A stretch of DNA of 64,000 bases. It comes from Epiperipatus broadwayi (lineage: Eukaryota > Animalia > Onychophora). The notes under the pieces are model-generated. The model saw only the letters and a list, made by a program, of their open reading frames with translations, was not told the origin of the DNA and made no database searches. The stretch is taken from assembly GCA_028023455.1 (NCBI GenBank), contig JAQFVV010000010.1, forward strand, positions 10,292,001 to 10,356,000. The letters run 5' to 3'. The position numbers and the translations under genes were made by a program. Below are positions 51,651 through 64,000 of the stretch, piece by piece. Each line of letters opens with the position of its first letter. Within the stretch, counting starts at the first letter, position 1.

Positions 51651-54502
51651 ATTCTCCTTGTGACATGTATCTAACTATGGTCTCCCACTTGGTCTTTCCA
51701 GTAGGCATTACACATGATAAGGCAAGTTAGTTATTTGATGATTTATCTAAGTTTTAGGAAGTGGTCCCATGATTATTAATGATTGAGTGTGATGGGATTC
51801 ACACGCACAACTTCCCTTACTTCACCTCTCCTTGATCGTCATTATGCTACAGAGTTCAAACTCAGGAAGAATGTACATGTCCTCTATTTCAAGGTATGAC
51901 AATGCCGTATCTGATATGTACATTGGATATGTGTATAGTGTGTTTAATTGGAAAATTGAAAAATCAAACAACAGACAATTAATAATATTTAATAAATTAA
52001 CTTTGATAATGGTTTCCATTCATGATTGTTGAATAACAAAAATAACTTGTTTTGATTAATTTAGTAATTGTGTAAACATGATCATCCTTCGTTTGTGCTC
52101 ATTAGCTATTTACTAACCGATACGTTTGATCCCTACAAAACATGGTCATTCACCATTATAATTTAATTTCAATTTTACATCGAATATAATATAAACAAAA
52201 GAGACCTATATTTTAACAAATAACTACGCTAACTAAAATTTCTAATATCAGTTGCTCATTCTTTCTGATCTATCTATCTAAATTTGACAATTTGTTCAAG
52301 ATTGCTCTTATATTCTGAACTCCCTTCCTAGTCTGATGCCATACAAATCTATGATAAGACAGACCAATCATCCAAGGGTTTGGTCATTCATTTCGAATAA
52401 CAAATAATTTAATAATTAAGTTAGTTGAACACAAACATTGAACATAAAAAATATTATAACTGTCAAAGTGAAAGTGCTTAATATTGAATAAGATTAAAAT
52501 CTCACCTTTCAAGTCAGTAGACTGATGTACCAATTGGCAAGCAAGTCAGGAGTCTGCCAGTAAATTAATATTATTAAATGAAAAATAAAATTGATGGCTC
52601 CCCTCCCTCTAGAATAATTGGAGGTTGGATGGATTGACTCTCGGTTTCAAAAGAAAGAAACCAATTTAACAAACAAAATAAGAATAAATATAAATATATA
52701 ATTTGTGGCGTTAGTCCAGCATAGTCTAGCCATAGTCAGAATCTTGTAATCCAGATTGTGACACATCTGATTATCTTTGCTCTTAAGAAAGTTCCTTTGC
52801 ATGAACTGGATGGTAGTCCATCGGATAATCTTCAGTCGTCAACTGGGTGTTCATGTTGGTGAACCAGATTCTTTTATAAACTCTTTTCTGTGCTGAAATT
52901 ATTTTTTTACTTGATTGTAGCACGTTGTAGATCTTTTACTATCGTGATTGTCATGATGATAATTTGAAATGATAATCATATCTGAAATCATGTTTGTGTG
53001 ATGAGCAACTCCATCCCCACGATGTTTTATCACTTCTTAGCCATGCATGGTTTGCTCTTTTCTAGCTTATAACTGGGGTTTAAAATATAAGCTTTATAGA
53101 ATTAAGGTGGGTTCTTTAAAAATTGTAATCATAGTGGTTTATGAACTTCAATATTAAGGATAATTAATATGGCAAAAAATTGATTTTAAGAATTTATCAA
53201 GTATCTTTTCTTATCAACATAATTTATTTGCCTTTCTGTTTTTTTTTTTTTTATATTTTTAGATCGTGAGTTTCAAGTTTGCACTTTGCTTTTAGTGTTA
53301 ACGTCACTTAGATCTTTTTATAATTTTATGCTGGATTAATAATAATAAAATTTAACATTAATGATTTCTTTCTTTTGTTTTTAGAAATATTTACTCGCTT
53401 GTGTTTAAGGGTTTGGTATACAGAAAAATCAGTATTCTCAATAATATAATTTTAACTGCCAATTTTATACAAACATATTAACATATAATCAATAATATAC
53501 TTTTGATTGTGTTGATAGATTCAGATCTTTATGATGTATGTATGAGTGGTGATTTTTGTGTGGTCAGTTAAAGGTATCCTCACCCCACCTCCCCACTTAA
53601 AAAAGTAAAATAAATATATTTAATTTAATTCTCAATTGATGGTTCAATTAGTTTTCTTTAGTAGCATTTTGTGTTTTCTATTTGATCTTTTTTTATAATA
53701 ATAATTTTTTCGTATTTGATCTTTTTCTCGATTGATAGGTGTTTTGTGAATGATGTCGGTAGTTCGGGTAATGTTTATTTTGCTTTTAGCTTCATCCTCT
53801 TGAAAGATTTTTTTATTTTCCTTTTTCTAAAAAAAATCTTGCTCCAAAATTGATGGACAAATATTGGTCTATCATGTAGGATTAGAATCTTGATTACTTG
53901 ATTTCGATTCACTTTCAGGAGTATATATATATAATGTGTCTTTGTTAATATATTTTGTGCTATTACATTTCAGTCACTTAAGATCATCTTTATTATTTGT
54001 AGGATGTTATACAAAAGATGTGGAAGTTCTGATTATCTGCAGCTAAATTTTTTTTTAGCTAACTTATGCATTATTTATGTATAGGTCTGTCTAATGGTGC
54101 CAATCCTACTCCTTAACCTTGAGACTGACTGGATTTTGCCTGGCATCCATTGAACATGTTAGTTATCATTCATTCCTGAATGGAACAAGTTGTTAAAGTC
54201 ATCAGTCTCCACTTTCATGATAATGGTATACTTTCTTATGGGTTCTAGAAATAAAGTTATGATTTATTTACTATATTTTAAGATCATTTCTATGTTGTAT
54301 ATTATCCTCCTTAACACTTTCACCCTTCAATTTAATTAATCATAATCCTAATGACTCCTTACATGAATTTAAATTCACATATTGTGGATTTTTGTTTAGT
54401 CTTAATAAGATTTGCTTATATCAAAAAAATTTGGGATTATTCTGTTTTTAGTAATTTGGTTTCCATTGTTACATAACCTCCCTTTTCTTATAGACCAGTA
54501 GA

Positions 54503-54525
54503 CATATATATATATATATAGAGAG

Positions 54526-54571
<46 letters not shown>
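54503..54571. repeat. (TA)n/(AG)n compound microsatellite within the LTR; the LTR end segment 54467-54631 is tandemly duplicated
   Basis: Direct reading; second TGTAACA start at 54632. Confidence 0.9.
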
Positions 54572-54572
<1 letters not shown>

Positions 54573-56302
54573 TTTATTATCACATGTATACATATATGTG
54601 AATCCATTACTTTGGGAATATACGCAAGAATTGTAACAAAACCTCCCTTTTCTTATCTAAACAGTAGACATATATGTATAGATTTATTATTACATGCATA
54701 CATATATGCGAATATTTACCTTATGAGAATATATGCAAAAAATGTCTACTTCTACCGTATGTATTATTCTAATCTATGACAATAAGGAAACTAGTTTTCC
54801 CAACGTGCATTTATGGACATCTAGCAGATTCCAAGTGCCAATCTTATGTAAAATAAGAATTACGTGAAGGGATAAACTAATGAGTAAATTAATATATAAC
54901 TATAGACTAGAACAGTTTGACCATCGACTAGCTCAGACTCGGGTTGGGTGGCATTATTGCTGGGAGTAGATATGGGTTGGAAATAATCATCCTCATATTT
55001 CAGTACCCCTTTAATAATCAACAATCCATCTACATATAAACCCTCATGAGTGATTATGAGGAAACAAAATAAATTAACAATATATTACACACATGATTTT
55101 AATAGCTAACATAAAATTTATTAGTTTACAAACTAATATCAATCGATAATATCCTTATATAAATGAAAAAAAAAAAAAACCTTCAATACATGGAATTAAT
55201 GATCTGCTGTTTTGATTAACTCACACACATAGCATGCATTCATATATGCAATCTACATTTGAGGTAAGGTTTAAAAGTCGAGAAGAGATTGAAAAGTAAT
55301 TCTTTTTTTTTTTATTTATTAATTTTTTTCTTTTTTTTATGACTATTAGCTTAGTTCAAGGTCAGCTATTAATGAAAATATAAGCTTACACAATTTGTTA
55401 TTTCTTGGTAAATACTCTTAGGTTGAATCTTGTTCACAAAGTCGAGGGAATCTGTTATGAAATTTAGGCAAAATCAATACAAAAGTTTATACTACCTGCA
55501 TTTCCCCAGGGAACTCATAGAATAAAACACATTTACAGTTTAATATGAATTCAGATAAATATATGACAACATGCAAGGTTTCTTCTTTATTTTTCCGATC
55601 TCCATTTCCAGAAAGTTGGACAATTCATAGTTTGATAATGGTGATTGCTTTTAATCCAATGAAGCTTATTCTATCTTTATCAGTCATAGCAGCATACAAT
55701 TATTTGGGGATAGGGTTTGAGCCCTGACATGTTAGACTCTCATCCCCACATTTCCATTTCTGCCGCAATTTGGTATCAAATTATTATATTATTCTGCTGT
55801 ATTAACTATATCTCTATACTTTTACTTCACTCTCTGCAGGAACAAGACCTCTAGCATTCCTGGTCCTTTCTTTTTATACTCTCCTCCATTTTTTCTATAA
55901 AGTTCACTGGTTTTCTATTTCCTGTTGTCTTGTTTTATGCCCAACCGGATTCCTATCGAAATACGTAAAAGCTTTTAGCACCTTTCAAATTTAATTGTTC
56001 TGGAAATTGCTATGCTTCTCATAAAACAACCAAACAAAAGAAAACCTCATCTCTCCCCTCCCAACAGTTAAATCTATTCATGCACACATCCATAACCCAT
56101 ACATACATAACTGTTTCAAAACAACAGAGCATGATACGACCCCTTTCCTATATATACATTTAAACAACCATAACTATGCAATAAAATAAAATAAAAAAAA
56201 CGTAATTAAATTTAAGCCATTAAATTTAATAATCATCATATACATATGATGATGACCACCTTTTGTGCTTCTTGTGACAGGGTTTGAACCTGTTCTGTCA
56301 CA

Positions 56303-56316
56303 ATACCCCCTTTTCA
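56303..56316 (-). promoter_or_regulatory. Polypurine tract of element 2
   Basis: Minus strand GAAAAGGGGGTAT immediately before the 3' LTR. Confidence 0.8.
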
Positions 56317-56589
56317 AAACCCTCCAAAACCTCCTTCCTTTTTATGGCTTTCTTATAACATTTCCTATCTCCTTATGTGATGATCTTCTGGTCCCCCTCC
56401 CTTTTTCTTTCTTTTTATCTTCTGTCCCACTTCATCTGTCTGTTCACTTCCTGTTCTGGTCCAAAGTTTGGCTTCTCAGGTTGTCTCCTTCCTTCAGATA
56501 CCTCCTTCCATTTGGGGGAGCTCTATGTTTCATTCTCTGTACTTCTCCACCTTTTATCACCTTGGACTGCCCACCATAATGGTATGAAC

Positions 56590-57362
56590 TAATATCAATA
56601 GTGTTGAGCAGCTCGGCAATCTCTTCAATAGATGCTTAACCTGCTCCCAACATTATCTGCTCTACCTTCATGGGCATGCTGTGTCTTATGATTGTGGAAT
56701 ATATGATTTTCTGTCAGATTGCACATGTCCAATGTCCACAACCTGGCCACCTGTCTATGGAAGAACTGTGAATAACTATCACTGCAATCTTCCCTGAACT
56801 TCTCCTGCATAATTTGATGGAATGCTGTCAACTTCTGTTGGACCAAAAGGCCTCTCTCACCTCTTTCTGATGCTCTTGGAAAGTCACAGGCTGTTGAAAC
56901 AGTGCATCCCACCATGATTGAGCATTGTTGGTGAGGTTGCTACATGCAATAGCTATGTAACTTTCCTCCATCATGAAGTGTAACTTTCCTCCATCATGGA
57001 GTTTACACTAAAATATTTCCCCATGCTGTGTATATGCTCTACAGGAGCCTCCCCATCCTACCAGCAAATGGCCAAACTTTTAGGAATTGGTTCGCATTCC
57101 CTTGTACACTGTATAACTTATCACTGTTGCAGGCTTTCCCATGAGATTTAACTGGGTGACTTATTTCTGTTTGACTCTGTTCTTCAGATCTAGGTCTTCT
57201 GTGCTCAACTTCCTGTCCCCCTGGATCACTTTTGTTTTTAATTACCTTCTGTTCTAACCTACTCATTCTCTTTTCCAATTCTCCAAATCTAGTCTCCAAA
57301 TTTTTTAGTTTTCCCAAAATCCATTCCAAAATATCTTCCTGATCTTCTTTTGGTTGGTCCAT
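56590..57362 (-). pseudogene. gag: Decayed Ty3/gypsy gag of element 2
   Basis: Coiled-coil N-terminus (ILGKLKNLETRFGELEKRMSRLEQ), then NAQSWWDALFQQPVTFQEHQKEVREAFWS, a Retrotrans_gag-type motif. Confidence 0.75.
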
Positions 57363-57732
57363 TTTTTTTACACCCTTGTTTTCATAAACTTTTTATTTTG
57401 TTTTCTTATTTCTTACTGAATGCTTTGGATCCCATCCCCCAACACCTTGTGCTGCTTCCTTGTTAGCCTCAACTACCATTTTACTTCCCCTCCAGTCTAC
57501 GATTTTGTTCCCCTCTTTATATGACTTTCTAAGTCTTGCTAAAACAGATTCCTCTCTATGTGAGTCTAAACACATTTCTGCCTTCTTATATATAAGATTT
57601 TCTGAATTCTGATGGTTTGCTTACTTTTTAAGCAACTATACAAAATACAACTTTTTAAAATTGAAGTATCTCACAATTATCCCTCTATTTCTTCTTTTTT
57701 TTCCAATCCCACTCTATTTCTCTTTGAGAGGT

Positions 57733-57750
57733 GCTTAGTTGGTCATGCCA
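57733..57750 (-). promoter_or_regulatory. Primer-binding site of element 2 (tRNA not assigned)
   Basis: Minus strand TGGCATGACCAACTAAGC, 1 nt after the 5' LTR end. Confidence 0.7.
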
Positions 57751-60700
57751 TTGTAGCAATACCACCCTTTTTTATATAACAGTAGACATATATATATATA
57801 TAGATTTATTGTCACACACATACATATATGTGAATCTATGACTTATGAGAATATATGCAAAAAATGCCTACTTCTACCATATGTATTATTCTAATCTATG
57901 ACAATAAGGAAAATAGTCTTTCAAATGCATATTTATGGACATCTTCCAAACACCATTAAGTGAAGGGGATAAACTAATGATGAGTAAATTAATATATAAC
58001 TATAGATGAGAGGTTTGACCATTGAATAGTTCAGACTTAAGTCAGGTGGCATTATTGCTGGGAATAGATATGGGTTGGAAATAATCACCCTCATATTTCA
58101 GCACCCCTTTAGTAATCGATAATCCATCTACATATAAACCCTCATGAATGATTATGTGGAAACAAAACAAAATAACAATGTATTACACACATGATTTTAA
58201 TAGCTAATATAAAATTTATTAGTTTACAAATTAATATCAATCGATAATACCCTTATATAAATGAGAAAAACAATCCTTCAATACATGGAATTAATGCTCT
58301 GCTGTTTCGATTAACACACACACATAGCTTGCATTCACATATGCAATCTACATTTGAGATAAGGTTTAAAAGTTGAGAAGAGATTGAAAAGAAATTCCTC
58401 TTTTTTATTTATTAAGTTTTTCTTTTTTTTTATGACTATTTGTTTAGTTCAAGGCATGACACCAGCTATTAATAAAAGCTTACACAATTTATTATTTTTT
58501 AATAAATATTCTTAGTTGAATTTGTTCACAAAGTTGAGAGAATCCATTATGAAATTTAGAGCAAAATCAATACAAAAGTTTATACTACCTGCATTTCCCC
58601 AGGGAGCTCATAGAATAAAACACATTTACAGTTTAATGTGAATTCAGATAAATATATGACAACATGTGAGGTTTCTTCTTTATTTTTCTGATCTCCATTT
58701 CCAGAAAGTTGATGATTTGCAGCTTTGATAATGGCAGTAGCTTTTAATCCAATGAGGCTTATTCTTTCTCTATCAATCATAGCAGCATACAATTAGTTGG
58801 GGATAGGGTTTGAGCCCCGAAATGTTAGACTCTCACCCCTACATTTCCATTTCTGCCGCAATTTGGTATCAAATTATTCTATCACTCTGCTGCGTTAAAT
58901 ATACCTCTATACTTTTACTTTGCTCTCTGCAGGGACAAGCCCTCTGGCATTTTGTATCCTTTCCTTTTATATCCTCCTCCATTTTTTTAGAAAGTTCACT
59001 GGTTTTTTATTTTCTGTTGTTTTGTTTTTGGCCCAACTGGATTCCTATCGAGATACATAAAAGCTTTTAGCACCTTTCAAATTTAATTGTTCTGGCAATT
59101 TCTATGCTTATAAAACAACCACGCAAAAGAAAAACTCATCTCTCCCCTCCTAACATTTAAGCCTATTTATGCACACATCAATAACCCATACACACAACTG
59201 TTTCGATACAACAGAGCACAATACCCCCCCCTTCCCTATGTATACATTTAAACAACCATAACCATGCAATAAAATAAAAAAAACTAATTAAATTTAAGAC
59301 TGCTAAATTTAATAGTCATCATATATGTATGATGATGGCCACCTTTTGCACTTGTTGTGACAGGATTTGAACCCATTCTGTCACACCATATTCTCGATCA
59401 TAATCCTTTAGGTCCATTTTTATTGCAGATTTATTAAGCATTTACATTTATTCATTTAATAAAGGTGAATGGGTTTTGTGTGTATGACATAGTTTATGGA
59501 ACATAGTACATTTTTGCTTCACTGTAAGTGTCATTATAATTTCAAGTCCTATCCATTGATTACTCTTTCCATTCAAATAACCTCTTTCATTATAGAGATC
59601 CTTGAAATATCTTAAATAAGATTTAAGGCAGTTGAATATGGTCATATCATTTAGAGTTTCCCCAGTTTTATTGTAGCTATGATACTTTCTTTTTATCAAA
59701 TTAGCATATATCAAGAAGTTGAGGGAAAGTATTTTTAAGAGCTATTTCATATTTGCCCTTAAGATGTCACTATAATCATATGATTTTAGACATTCATCAA
59801 TTTTGATTGTTATTGGTTGCCTTGGGAACTTCCATAACATTTTTAATATTCAACTTTATTTTATTTTTATGGGCTCATCTTCTATACTATGACTATCTTT
59901 AGATTCTTTAGTACTTATTTCTAAGATGGATTTGGATTTTACAAGGGTTTGTTTTGTCTTGATTGCCTTGGTATCTATTCTGCATTTGATTTCCCAATTA
60001 TCGATGTTATTTTCAATTTTTTTTCTTGAGTTCAACAAATTTTATTTGCCATTTACAATCTCTTTCATCACTATTTTTTATTTTATTTCTTGCATCATAT
60101 TTGATGATAGTTTGTCATATCTTCTTTAGTGACTATATCTGATTATAGTTTCATCATCTCATTTTTATTTCTATTTTGAAATCATTTTGTTTTTTTATTT
60201 CTCATGTCATATCTAATGATTGTTTCATCATCTCATTTTTTCATGTCTGTTGACAAATTTTGTATCTTCAGGATCAATTGATTGAGAATGGAATCATTTT
60301 ATTCTGTTCCTTCCTTGCTTCATTTTTCTACAATCATTGATGTTTCTTGAGGTTGAATTATTTCTGAGACAGTTCCCTCAGATATTTCAATATTCTCTTC
60401 AACTATATTTTCAAAAGTAGAAATTTTAAGGTATCCCTAATAGGAATTTGTATTCGTTCAACCTGGACTTCTTCCCTTTCAATTTCATTACTAACTTCAT
60501 TATTAGTTTCCAATTCCATTGCTTTGATTTTACTTCTGTTTATCATCTAATAGGTATGTTATGATATATTGTATTTAATTCATAAAATAACTTTATGTGG
60601 TTTTATGTCAAATTAATTTATTTCTTTGCATATCAAGTAATGTGATAAACATTATAAAGACTTCCCTGTTGTTATACATCTAACATAAGTTATGATTTAA

Positions 60701-60894
60701 ATTTTATTTGATTATCACTTCATTTATTTCTTTAATTTTTTTGACATGCTTCTTTATCTCTCATTTTATGCTTTGTTTATTTGGCTGACTACATGACTAT
60801 TTTATTGGTATCTGTTTATTGCTGTTTGTTATTTGTCTAGTTTCTATACATCACATATTAAAAATATTAGCATATTATAAAATAATTATATGAT

Positions 60895-60917
60895 TTCGAG
60901 CTCATCATTGGGTGCCA
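60895..60917 (-). promoter_or_regulatory. PBS of copy 1C, tRNA-Lys(CTT)-like
   Basis: TGGCACCCAATGATGAGCTCGAA vs Lys(CTT) PBS TGGCGCCCAACGTGGGGCTCGAA; two of the differences are CpG transitions. Confidence 0.7.
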
Positions 60918-60999
60918 GATATAATGGGACAGTCAGATCACATGTGAGGTGAATATATGATTATGCCCAATAATTGGCTGTGCCAGATATAATGCGACA

Positions 61000-61900
61000 G
61001 AATATATATATATATGTGATTCATGCCCAACAACTCATGGTTTTGAAACTGCAACCACTTAATTATGGTCACCCACTTGATCTTCATTCAAGGACATTAC
61101 ACATGATGTGGCAAGTCAGTTAAAATTTTAGGAAGTGGTCCCATGAGTGGGATCATGTTCACATGTGCACAACTTCCCTTATTTCACCTCTTTTGATTCT
61201 TGTTATACCACAGAGTTCAAACTCAGGGAAAATGTACATGTACCCTATTTTAAGGTATGAATTCAAACAACTAATTTGATTTAATATTTAATATTTAACA
61301 AATTAATTTTGATGATGATGGCTATTCATAATTCTTTATAACAAAGCATCGTATGTACTATCTGATATGTACATTGGCTATGTGTACATGTGATTGATTG
61401 GAAAATAGAAAATCAAACAACAAACAACTAATTTGATTTAATATAATGTGACAGAATATATATATATATGTGATTCATGCCCAATAACTCATGGTTTTGA
61501 AACTGCAACCACTTAATTATGGTCACCTACTTGATCTTCATGCAAGGGCATTACACATGATGTGGCAAGTCAGTTATTTGATATGTAAGTTTTAGGAAGT
61601 GGTCCCATGATGATTAATGATTGAGTGGAATCATGTTCATATGTGCACAACTTCCCTTATTTCACCTCTTTTGATTCTCGTTATGCCACAGGGTTCAAAC
61701 TCAGGGAGAATGTATATGTACCCTATTTTAAGGTATGATTATTATGTATCTGGTATGTATATTGGGTATGTGTACATATGATTGATTGGAAAATAGAAAA
61801 TCAAACAACAAACAACTAATTTGATTTAATATTTAATATTTAACAAATTAATTTTGATGATGATGGCTATTCATAATTCTTTATAACAAAGCGTTGTATG
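61000..61900. repeat. ~445-bp tandem duplication inside the 5' LTR of copy 1C
   Basis: GACAGAATATATATATATATGTGATTCATGCCCAA.AACTCATGG at ~60996 and ~61449. Confidence 0.85.
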
Positions 61901-64000
61901 TATTTAATGTTTAATAATTGTATGGGCATGATCATTCTTCATTTGTATTCATTAACCCATAATCCCTATGAAGGATTGTCATTCCCATTCCAATTTAACA
62001 AACTCAAATTTACATTGAAGACAATTTGAAACTATATTTTAACAATCAACTCTTTGCTGACTAAAATTCCATGAAATCATTTGGTCATTAATTTCTACCA
62101 TGTTGTCTATATTTTGAGATCAGTTGAAAATTACTTATAGATCCTGATCCCTCTTCTATTCTGGTGTTACATAGACCTATGATAAGATAGACCAATCATT
62201 CAAGGATTAGTCATACATTCTGAATAACAAATCTGATAAGTTAATTAAACACAAACATTGAACACAAAAAATATTGTAATTGTCAAAGTGTGAATGCTTA
62301 ATATTGAATAAGATTAATGTCTCACCTTTGAAGTCAGTAGACTGATGTACCAATTGGCAAACAAGTTGGGAGTCTGCCCTAAATTTTATTATTAAATGAA
62401 GAAAAATAGAACTGATAACTCCCCTCCCTCTAGAATAATTGATGGTTGGATAGACTGACTTTCTGTTTCAAAAGAAAGAAACCAATTTAATAAACAAAAT
62501 AAGAATCCACATTGTGAAATCTGTGAATGTCCTTGCTCTTAGAAAAGTTCCTTTGTGTGAACTGAATGGTAGTTCATCAGATACTCTTTGGTCACCATCT
62601 GGGTCTTCATGTTGGTGACTCAGACTTCTTTAGAAACTCTTTCCTATGCTGAGATCATTTCTTTGTTTAATTGTAGTGTGTTATAGATCTTTTACTATTG
62701 TGGTTGTCATAAGATTAATTTGAAATGATAATCATATCAGAAACTCTTGGCTATATGACCGGAAGCTCCATCCCCCATGATGTTCTATTACTTCTTAGCC
62801 ACACATCCTTTGTACTTTTCTAGCTTATAACTCATGTTAAAACTATAGGATTTATAGAATTAAGGTAGGTCCTTTAAAATGTAAAATGGTGCATATCTTC
62901 ATGCAGATATGCTTGCTTCATGTTTGTTCAAATCTAAAACTATTTCCCAGCATATGTTATATATTTCTATACATTAGCACAAACTAGTACATTCACGTGT
63001 GTGTGTGTACAATTTAGACATCTTTTAACAGTTAAAAAGTTATTTTGAATCACACCACATTTTAAAGTAAGTTTAAAAAATATATAGAAAAGAGTGTGCT
63101 CAATTAAGTAATAGGAGTGGAATGTATTTCTACAATAGAAGATAGGCCAGGTAATGGAAACAAACCATTACTAGTTATGTAAGTGCCTTATTTCCTAATC
63201 TAGTGAAACCATTGGATGAAAGAGTTACAATTTAGCACATTTGAATGTCTACACATATTTTAGGTGTGAAATAAGGAATAGAAACAAACATCAGGAAATC
63301 CATGTGGCGGCATGAAGGACTGCAGAAATAAAATTAAGATGCAACAGAAATTAGAGAAAATTAAAAAAAAATCCATTAAGTGCTAACAAAGTGTACCCCA
63401 GATGTATGAGAATGATATATAAGAGGGGAATCAGGTATTGTTAGGGAGAAACAGTTTATATTTGAAAGTCATTCTAGTGCATTTTGTAGAAATTATTATT
63501 AAATATTATTTTATTGAAGACTTGCAGAAGTTTCATTGAAAGACCATATAAGACAAACTCGGCTTAATTATATATAAAATGTATACAAGTATCTGCAACC
63601 ATGTGTGAGTAGTCGACTGTCCACTTCCCCACAGTCATCAAGCAGTGGGCATCCTGAAGTTCCATTCCTTATGAAGATCCAGCCACCTTTTGCCAATACC
63701 TACATCCCAGAAGCTCTTTGATAGTTTGCTGCAAAGGAATTCTGAAGACCTCCATTATCTAGCTGGTAATATATCTTAGATCAGTTTTTAAATCATGCAG
63801 AGTGTCAGAATTAAAAAGAAATTGCAAAATCAGTTGATGTGCTAATTAGATAATGGCATTAGTTTGGTAATTTTTCACCCATGTTTTTTACATTATATAG
63901 TTTCAAGAACAAAAACATGACCCTTTACTGATTAATTCTAGATGATTAGTAAGGTTGGGTGAGAACCAGATATTCTGAGAAGACAATTCTAAGCTTATTA

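Larger units (their letters stand above)
54467..59385 (-). mobile_element. Nested gag-only LTR retrotransposon (element 2)
   Basis: LTRs 54467-56302 and 57752-59385 with TG..CA termini; 4-bp TSD CCAT (54463-54466, 59386-59389); host sequence rejoins as TTTCCAT-ATTC, matching the reverse complement of 48905-48935. Confidence 0.92.
51659..62885 (-). mobile_element. Same-family pol-less gypsy derivative with two LTR-like ends (copy 1C), interrupted by a nested element
   Basis: 51660-53130 repeats directly at ~61050-62885; gag-like 59560-60545; Lys-type PBS; TGTCACA at the 3' terminus (51659-51665 on minus). Confidence 0.75.

Noticed and set aside
46500-54466. DIRS/tyrosine-recombinase element suggested by the long inverted repeats
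   Set aside because: A DDE integrase, a PBS and the copy-by-copy homology explain the inversion as adjacent gypsy copies.

Overview
Very AT-rich, CpG-depleted eukaryotic (probably invertebrate animal) genomic DNA with no intact long ORF. Bases 1-42,000 are intron/intergenic-like sequence with a few candidate exons of an unidentified minus-strand gene, two CpG-retaining promoter-like zones, and dense short retroelements: RTE-clade LINE 3' ends, decayed Penelope-like (PLE) RT/GIY-YIG fragments, a tRNA-Gly-derived mini-SINE and several fold-back insertions. The main signal is two unrelated non-coding repeat families (A, monomer 456 bp; B, about 450-470 bp; about 19 loci together). Each carries a minimal type I hammerhead ribozyme with a palindromic stem III at the tip of a long imperfect hairpin. 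Most copies have 10-16 bp target-site duplications, many are arranged head-to-head, and ends are circularly permuted. This looks like a retrozyme / circular-RNA-type system, possibly mobilised by PLE reverse transcriptase. A third family (C) has a decayed PLE-type hammerhead and, at one locus, a tRNA-derived head. Bases 42,300-62,900 are a nest of decayed Ty3/gypsy elements: one pol-containing fragment, two pol-deleted derivatives in alternating orientation, and a nested gag-only LTR element with a CCAT TSD. All pairings, alignments and coordinates were read by eye; boundaries are approximate unless a TSD or splice site is quoted.
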